NCBI GenBank assembly: GCA_964016885.1
Contig: OZ024751.1
Span: forward strand, 39,680,001-39,744,000
Reading direction: 5' to 3'
DNA: 64,000 bases
From: Eledone cirrhosa
Lineage: Eukaryota
Part shown: one piece after another, positions 55,086 through 64,000 of the stretch
Numbering within the stretch: the stretch's first letter is position 1
How the letters are laid out: the number at the start of each line of letters is the position of its first letter
Position numbers and translations under genes: made by a program
Notes under the pieces: model-generated
What the model was told of the DNA's origin: nothing
The model's database searches: none
The model's input: only the letters and a program-made list of their open reading frames with translations

Positions 55086-56549
55086 TTTCCTATATTCTGA
55101 CTTTAGAAATGTTATCATTCCTTATCGAAGTTCAATCAGTTTAAGGAAATAATCGATACGATGACGTTGTGTCTTTTTCAGAACTTCAACAATAGAATTG
55201 TCGTTTTTGTATTTCTTTTGTTTTGTTTTGTCAGTTTCTTCTTTTCTTTAATTATCTCTTATGAGTTAAGTAACATTTAAATCAAGAGGAGAGCCTAATT
55301 TTACAATTACTAGTCAGTATTAGCTAGTTCTGTGATTTAAAAGATTCTTTTATTGAAATTGAATGCCTTTCTCTATAGTTGTTGATGTTTTGTTTGTTTG
55401 TTTTTTGTTTGTTTTTTTTTGTTTTTGTATATTACCTCCCACCTACACCAACACCATCACTGCCATCATCACCGCCATCACTAACAGCAACACTAACATC
55501 TCTTCCACCACCAAGCTCAGTTGCAGTCAAGCAAGTCTATGATCAAAAGCGTCCTGGATGTGATGTCATTATCAAGTCTTTTATTTCCACACAATATATC
55601 TATAAAGCCATGTTATCTAATGTGTAACTTAATTTTTGATTTAATGTAAAAGACAGTACAATGGAATTTGAATGGGATTTGGTTGCTATTTATGTCGTGT
55701 CGAGCGAGTGACCAAGTAGATAAGGATCCATTCTTTCCTCAAATTGTCTTTTACTTTTTTTTCTTTTCTGTGAGGGAGAGACATTGATATATTACCAGAA
55801 ATTTCCAGAGGAGTTGGTGTAGTCGATTTAATCAAGATTTAGCGTATATAACTAATTATATTTTATCAACTCTGTCTAAGAGGGAATCAAAGCAAATTTG
55901 ATACGAGCATAATTCGATTCCAAACGCTAGAAGATATGCCACATGTCTAGATCAGTCGGTTTCCCTGGAGTTTCCCTGGGCAGCTAGTTTATCAAGCAGA
56001 CGGAGCCATCACAAAATTTATTATACAGTAAATGCAATAAAGCTAGAGAGGAAAACATTAGTTAATAATACTATAATTCTATATAAAAGCCCATATAAAA
56101 AAGAAAGTAACTATGAAGGCTTTACAAATACTAAAATATGAACAGAAATTAACACAACAGCATACATGCAATTAATTGTAAAACCTGCCAGAATTTAACT
56201 GTTGAGTGGCTTTTAAAGCCGGCATCCATAATTTATTAGTATTCACAACATCCGTTGAGATTACCATAGAGTACAAAAAGAAGACAGCATGCATCAAATA
56301 TTTAACACTTTCATTGCCATATTTCTAATGAAAAACACTGCCAACGGTCTTCTGATAATTTTGAAAATAATGGGGAAATGGACGGATCTTGTAACATAAC
56401 TAACTTTTTCAGTATTAAATTTTTTAAGCTGGTGTTTGGAATATAATTTGACCGAGGTTTTTACATAAATTCATTTGCCAAAATTTTAAGATTTTAGATA
56501 AATATTGAAGACGATAAATATTGGTTACGACGTCGCAACTCATTTCTAC

Positions 56550-56665
56550 AACTGGAGCAACGTGAAAATAAAGTGTCTTGATCAAGGAAACAACGTATCA
56601 TCCGGTCCGAGTATCGAACTCACAACCCCACGATTGCAAATCCAGTGCTCTAACCCTAAGGCCGA
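56550..56665 (-). mobile_element. Second SINE family copy
   Basis: The minus strand reads ggccttagggttagagc...gagttcgatactc...ttgatcaagacactttattttcacgttgctccagt. Confidence 0.65.
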
Positions 56666-57208
56666 TAGATGTATAAATCCGGTTAAGAAAAGGAAAAAAA
56701 CGGGAAATAATTGAGATCGTCAACTAATTTCAATTTTAGTAAATTATAGTTGCATTTTAATTTAATAAATGTTAATTTATCAAATGAAATACCACACATA
56801 TGTTATAGGATTGATTACTATATCCGGTAAATATTTCACAGTTCATTAATGTTTTCCCGTTCATGTTTTTATATTTTCACTTACCTACTGGTTTTACATT
56901 TAAGAATTTGGTTAAACTGCAATATATATAAGAATTGATACTTATTGTGCAATGTCTAAATAAATGATTAAATAATTCTTGTTTGAAGTTGTATAACTCG
57001 CCGTTGCTACCAACAGGATCTCGGTACAGTTGATAAAAGGTCTGTTGTGAGTAATTTCACTCTTTCACCTTGGGTAAATCTTTCACAAGTCAATCGTTTT
57101 ATCCATGAGTTTGAAAACTCGTGTATAATATCCATTATTGTTTCAAAGCCGATGGCTGAGAAAGGGAAAAGGTCTATGTGTGTGTATGTGTGTGAGTGTG
57201 TGTGGGGG

Positions 57209-57284
<76 letters not shown>

Positions 57285-58659
57285 ATATTTCGAAGTCACT
57301 GTAACTTTCCTACAGAGAAAACCAATTTCTAGAATCGAGACTCCAATATTGAGCACTAATTCAGTTAATGTTTAAATTTTTAAACACTATTTTATTTTAA
57401 GCACACACACACATACGCATGCACCACCACCCGCCACACATACACATACATGTGTGTGGTGAGTGTATTAAATGATACATATATTCATGCAGAAGGGAGC
57501 CTGTATTAGAAGATTTAAGATAAATTTAATATAGTTAGAATTACAGTTTATATTTTACTAAATTCCTGCTGATACGAAATAGACATCATATACTCTAATT
57601 AGAAGTGCTAAAAGAAAGGCTAGGGGTAGCTGTAATGCCTTTACACGTAGGTCGGCTCGATGGGGGCTAATGTAGGGCTATAAGACAACAACAACAACAA
57701 CTGCTGATGTGTCTGGTAAATGCCAACGTGTCGAATATAGAGAATATAGAGAACAATGAAGAGTTATTGAGTTCTAATGTACTTAGTTTGAGGTTATTCA
57801 TTTCATTGTGCAATATACAGAAGATGATTGGAGTAGAGGCGGGAGCTTGTTAATGTTCATACGAGACAAATGTTTAAGAGATTTATCTTTAACTCTTATC
57901 AAACTGTTGAAATAAATTTGTTCTATAACATGAAAGCTATATAACCAAAATATACCCAAACGTATGTAATAAGTGGTACAAAAGTCTAATCGCAATAGAA
58001 AATGACATTACAAATATAGTTTAGCATTGATCATTGAATATTTGAAGTAGTAGAAAGAAATGTACTGAGTCTTATTATAAAGTGCATCACTAGAGAGTAA
58101 TTATCTACCAACCATTTCTTTACTGTATTTCTAATGAAAACCACTACCTAGAATGTTCAAACAACTTTCAGAATTATCAACAATTCGGTTGGATTTAATA
58201 AGGTAACTAACTTTCTCATTATTAAGCTGTCGTTTGGAGCATAACTTGACAAAGATTCTTACATAAAGTTTTTTTTAATAAATATAACACTTCGAAATAT
58301 AGTGCTGTATTGTAGAACCAGGGGCAGATTCGAGTGGTTTTGTAGCAAAGGGTTAAATACAGCAATGACTGAAGAGCTTGTTCTTCTTTTGCTCTCGTTG
58401 TTGTTGGTTTTATCAGCTCACTCCTATACAACGACATTCCAGCTGTGACCATCATACTTTTTCTTTCATTCATACTGTGACGATGACGCTGAGTGTGTGT
58501 GTACCGTTTTCTTTCTTTTCTTTTCTTTTTTTGAGAATTAGTATATCGCATCCCAGTGTGTTGTATGAGGTAACAAAAATAACTGGCCTCAGAAAGAGTA
58601 ATCTGGATGTAAAACAAAGATAGATTTGGTGAATTTATTCGAGAAGTTATAGAAGAGCC

Positions 58660-58860
58660 TCAGTATGGCTGTGTGGTTAAGGAGTTCGTTTCGCAACCAT
58701 GTGGCTTCAAGTTCAATCCCACTCTATAGCACTTTAGACAAACATCTTCTGAATAGCTTTGGCTTGATCAATCTTTTGTGAGTGAAATTTCGTAGACGGA
58801 CACTATTTGTATGGAGGTCTGTCATACAGCCCTTGAAAGCAGTGCCCTAACATGGCCTCA
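58660..58860 (+). mobile_element. Third tRNA-derived SINE family (CORE-like), degraded
   Basis: tggctgtgtggttaag (A box), gttcaatccc (B box), ...ttgtgagtgaaatttcgtagacgga. Confidence 0.6.
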
Positions 58861-58873
58861 GTAAAATCCATAA

Positions 58874-59060
58874 AATAATTGTTTCTACTTTTGGCACAAG
58901 GCCAGCAATTACCCCAGTGCATTACTGGTACTTTATTTTATCGACCCCGTAAGGATAAAAGGCACAGTTAACCTCGGGGGGATTTGAACTCAGAATTGCA
59001 AGGGTCGTAACTCTATGCGTCAAAGCTTGATGTCCGACCCTTTACCGATACTGCCAATCC
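58874..59060 (-). mobile_element. tRNA-derived SINE (main family), full length
   Basis: Reverse complement of the reference copy. Confidence 0.9.
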
Positions 59061-59357
59061 AAATCCATTAAAATAATAAAACAGTAAAAGAATAAATCAT
59101 TAAAACGGTAAAAGATTGAAGGAATAAAAGTTACACAGATTTGTTTATTTGATCTAACTTTCCATATACGGGAGAGGTGTTGAATGGCAGAGTCGTTAAA
59201 ACATCGGAGAGAAGGCTTCGTAGTTTTGTTCCTAATCTCTGAGTTCAACTTTGCTTTTCATCCTTTCGAAGTCGAAAAAAAAAAATACCAATCTAGCTCT
59301 GGAGTGGGGTATGATTTTCCTCTAATATCTTTTTCTCACTTCCTAACTCACACCCAG

Positions 59358-59478
<121 letters not shown>

Positions 59479-59908
59479 ACTCTCTCTCTCTCTCTCACTC
59501 TCTCTCCCTCTCTCTCTCTCCTACTCAGAAAAAAATCTGCTGTATTCCAGCCTAGAAGGTAGATGGGCTCCGCAAGTCTTAAAGTGCCCAAGACTGGCCG
59601 TATGTCTCGAAGCGTCTCCCCCAATTCTACCCGAAGTTACAGGCCTACACACACATACATACGTAAATGGGGAATTCATTATATTCGAAGGAGATACGGT
59701 TAATTTCCTTTTATTCTAAACAAACAAAGAGATAAATAAATATAAATAAAAATATATTTAACTCCCTACAAAGTGATATTATTATTTCGTCGGTAAATGT
59801 TATTTTTTGCTTGTGTTATTTTTATTATTATTTCTTATAACTTTTCAATTCTGATGATCATTTTTATACATACATCCTGACTATAAATGTTGTTTTCAGA
59901 AGGAAAAA

Positions 59909-59942
<34 letters not shown>

Positions 59943-60081
59943 TATCACATATATATCATGTTTAGTAATGTTATTTTAGCTTGGAGAGTGGTATAAAACA
60001 ACTTTCCATATCATGTTTCAAAATACGAATTCAAACGTACTTGACCCCATAGTCTCTTTACACCATTACATCACCCATATC

Positions 60082-60128
<47 letters not shown>

Positions 60129-60211
60129 TCAAGGCCATCGTTGCTATCACAATCTTACGTCATGTCTGCCATTTATATGTAATGTTAACAAATCAAAATC
60201 TCTCTCTCTCG

Positions 60212-60327
<116 letters not shown>

Positions 60328-60651
60328 TTATTTATCATTATGCAGGATGATAACGAAATATGTAGAGCATTAGCATTGTATTGGAGCTGATATAGTTGCC
60401 ACCCACCACCACCACCACCATCAACACCAACTAAATTATTACTCTAGTAGCCTCAATCCAATTTGTTTATATTCATACATGCTCATGAAATGGGCCTCCG
60501 TCTATTTCGGCGATGAGGTTTCCAGTTGCTCAATCAACAGAACAGCCCGCTCGTGAAGTTAACGTACAAGAGGCATAGTTCTCAGCGAGATTTAGCATAA
60601 CGTAATATGTAACAACGCTGGTCATTTGAAGCACGGGCACAGTCCATCTTA

Positions 60652-60838
60652 AATAATTGTTTCTACTTTTGGCACAAGGCCAGCAATTATTTCAGTGTAT
60701 TACTGGTACTTTATTTTCTCGACCCCGTAAGGTTGAAAGGCAAAGTTAACCTCGGCGGGATTTGAAGTCAGACCATAAAGGGCCGTAACTCTTTGCTGCC
60801 AAGCATGGAGTCCGACCCTCTACCGATACTGCCAATCC
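60652..60838 (-). mobile_element. tRNA-derived SINE (main family), full length
   Basis: Reverse complement of the reference copy. Confidence 0.9.
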
Positions 60839-60944
60839 TAGTACACAAGTCAAAAGTATTCTATATACACGTGTACCCTTCATATAATTCTCAAGGAAAT
60901 CCATTATGATTGAAATGCCACCCAAGGCAACATGACTTCAGACT

Positions 60945-61225
60945 GGCTGGTGCACAAAGTCAACCAGTGCCGTCTTGTATGTTTTCGCTCGACCTCACAA
61001 CACCACAGGGGTGCATGGGCTCAATGCAGTTCCATCACCTACAACTGGCACTCAGCTAGACAGTGCCTGCTTGTGCATAGGCGTTTTCCCGAGGCTCGGC
61101 CCTCGAATATTGAACCTCACAAATGTCGTTGCGGTGCCACTGTGGATTTTTTCGATCCCCACCCACTGTCAAGTCGCTCTTAAAGAGATCATAAAGCATG
61201 TGTATACGACTGGCTTCTGCGTAGC
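60945..61225 (+). pseudogene. Degraded CRE-like RLE retrotransposon fragment (pre-nuclease zinc-knuckle region)
   Basis: Joining frames gives STSQHHRGAW / LNAVPSPTTGTQLDSACLCIGVFPRLG / IEPHKCRCGATVD..HP / VALKEIIK, resembling the GAWLNA.P...RLG...C.CG..D..H motif. Confidence 0.6.
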
Positions 61226-61603
61226 ATCGGCTTACCAAAATTCACTCACATTTGTTAATCTGAAGTTACAGGATATGACACGTACTTAAGTTATCGCGAC
61301 ACATTTCTCAGAACATCTAGTTTTATTTATAGATTTTTGTTTTTCAAAAAAGAAATACCTAATCCCTGAAATATAAAATATAGTGAAGTTATAAAATACA
61401 GTTAAAAAACAGTTAACATAAAGTTAAAATACAGTTAAAATACAGATATAAAGTGAATAACTTTCCTGAAATACGAGTATCAATGTGCTTTATTAATCAC
61501 TTTGATTCAATTACGTGTGCGTTTCCACACTGTCTATGGTTATGTGAAGAACACACAAACACAGTCACACACACACACACATACACGCACACACGCACAC
61601 ACG

Positions 61604-61650
<47 letters not shown>

Positions 61651-61682
61651 ATGATGTCAAATACATATATATATATGTATAA

Positions 61683-61723
<41 letters not shown>

Positions 61724-61999
61724 TATATAAATGAAAAGTATAGAAATTATTGTAGCAAGAAGCCAACAGTATTCCATAATATATCGATTTCATCTTTTTT
61801 CCCCCATATATATATATATATATATATGAGGGGAAAAATGAAATCGAAAATGCAACTGGAGTCTTTTTAAGAATATTTATTTGGTTCCTTTACCGGTTTC
61901 GCAGTTCTTGTGCTTTTCAAAAGTAGAAGTGAGATGGAGGGTTTGTGGTTTTTCCACAAACCCTCCATCCCACTCCGGACTGGCGCGCCTATAGACTTG

Positions 62000-62170
62000 T
62001 GACAGTATCGGTAGAGGGTCGGATGCCATGCTTTGCAGCAAAGAGTTGTGGTCTGAGTTCAAATCCCGCCGAGATTAACTTTGCCTTTCATCCTTACGAG
62101 GTCGATAAAGTAAAGTACCAGTAATACACTGAAATAATTGCTGGCCTTCTGCCAAAAGTAGAAACAATTA
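62000..62170 (+). mobile_element. tRNA-derived SINE (main family)
   Basis: Matches the reference copy with a small deletion. Confidence 0.9.
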
Positions 62171-62707
62171 CGTAAATGTATATATATTGTAGACTTCCTT
62201 TGTAAATGTTCAAGCTTGCAAGCTTCTGATTTTGCTAAGGTGGTCTATTCCATATTCAGTTTTTTGTTATTTAAAACACCATAAATTTAGTTTTTTTAAA
62301 AATCGATAAATAAAATAGCAGCTTCTGTATTTACTTTCGATGCAACCATCTGTTCTTTCACTTCTCCTTAAATTACTGCATAAAATCTTCGTTATCTTTA
62401 ATAAAGACTGACGTTTTATGAAATGTCTTTTACCAGATGAAAAAGCTTTTAAAACTAGACTATCAGCTTTATAAATCCTAACATGTAATGTTATTTATAC
62501 ATACTAAAATATATTTTTAAAGTAAAATAAAGTTTGAGTTTTATACCACTCAAAGCATCTTTTTTTTTATAAAAGATATATATATGTGTGTGTGTGTGTG
62601 TGTGTTTATGTATATATATGCATATGTATATATCCTATAAATATATACATATTTCATGAATACAAACACAAAACACGCAGACACTTTCACACATAGAGAC
62701 ACACACA

Positions 62708-62770
<63 letters not shown>

Positions 62771-62771
62771 G

Positions 62772-62850
<79 letters not shown>

Positions 62851-63311
62851 CATATATATATGTGGAAATAAATAAAAGAGAACATTCGCAAAAGTCATAT
62901 TTTGAAGAAGAGCTATCTGGGAGAGAAATTAAATTGAAACTAAGTCTAGTCAAAATATTGAGTTATTTGAAAAATTGAAATGCTTAAAAATAATTCGATT
63001 AAGATCCAGCTAGGAGATAATTAGGTATTATGTGGGGAAATAGGAAATAAGAGATAAGAAAGAAAGTATTTGAGCCTCTATAAAAGAAACTTAAAACAAG
63101 ATCTTACATTATATCCTAGATCTGTGTGACACCGGAGGTTTAGCAGACCAAAGACGAGACTTACCGTAGGAAAAAATAGTATGCAGAAACATTTAGTAAA
63201 AGAGAGGAAATTGAAAATGATATAAAATAAATATTAATTGAAGCAAAGAAACTGGACTGCATTAACTAGCATGAAAATATAAAATATACATCAGTGTACA
63301 TGTACATGTAT

Positions 63312-63407
63312 ATATGGTGTACCTAAAAAATGTATAGACACCTCAGCAGCATTCTATTAAATATTGCCTGTACCAAAGTGTGTGTACATTTTTGGAGATT
63401 ACCCTGT
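63312..63407. mobile_element. Tc1-like mini-MITE remnant (relative at about 44621-44700)
   Basis: ggtgtacctaaaaaatgtatagacac ... gtgtgtgtacatttttggagattaccctg-TA, with a shared internal cagcattcta..aa.tattgcctgtac. Confidence 0.5.
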
Positions 63408-63566
63408 ATATATATATAACGGCGATGAATTTAACCGATATAAAGGACACAGAAGCGAAAACCAACCAAACAGTGAGTGTGTTCTGTTATTAATTCTGGC
63501 AATATTATTACACAAATATGACCCTCCCCAAGTATAACAATATATATATATATATATAATTTATAT

Positions 63567-63745
63567 AGGAAAAGAGTCAGGACCCCGACGGCTGAGCTCC
63601 GGCTCTAAATCTGGATCTAGCTGTCGAAAGGGCCAGAGCTCAGTCGTCGGAATCCTGACTCTTTTCCTATTACCCACTCTACTATCCTAAGTATCGAGCA
63701 CTCTGGTGCGTTATGATCCACCTGGTTCCTTACCACACTTCCTTT

Positions 63746-63749
<4 letters not shown>
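63567..63749 (+). mobile_element. Family A subfamily element
   Basis: aggaaaagagtcagga...tcctgactcttttcct inverted, followed by the family A tail. TA flanks. Confidence 0.8.
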
Positions 63750-63785
<36 letters not shown>

Positions 63786-64000
63786 GTCCTTAATATTATC
63801 ATACTCATGGTTTAGCTATATAGTTCATATTTGAATGCTATTTTATTTTATCGACCCTAGTAAAGCGAAAAGCAAAATTAACCTCGGCGAGATACGAACT
63901 CGGTGTTTAAAGAACCAGAACAAATACATTTTACCAATTTTGCCGAACACCCTAACCATTAAGCTATGCACCTTCACTGACTCGTATTAAAATGTCAGTT

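Overview
Eukaryotic, AT-rich, microsatellite-saturated DNA with no host gene I can support; it is probably intergenic or intronic. The SINE families resemble those I recall from coleoid cephalopods (Octopus-like), which is an inference. Most ORF-track entries are translations of (TA)n, (CA)n, (GA)n and trinucleotide tracts. Real coding content is retrotransposon-derived. There is a near-intact Tx1/L1-clade LINE (about 28437-34140) sitting inside an (ATCT)n tract, with both ORFs broken only at homopolymers. There is a 5'-truncated R4/Dong-like RLE LINE (46791-50327) plus two older Dong-like 3' ends stacked in (TAA)n, and fragments of RTE, CR1-like and CRE-like LINEs. About 20 tRNA-derived SINEs and several MITEs are also present. 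The most striking signal is 15 or more short fold-back elements from several sequence families, all abutting (TA)n tracts. Each is an inverted repeat plus a one-sided tail. Many carry minimal hammerhead ribozyme cores, and most share an (A/G)CTC...GAG(T/C) hairpin in the tail just outside the inverted repeat. They are best explained as footprints of Penelope-like elements (PLEs) or of non-autonomous derivatives. All alignments and folds were done by eye and coordinates are approximate.
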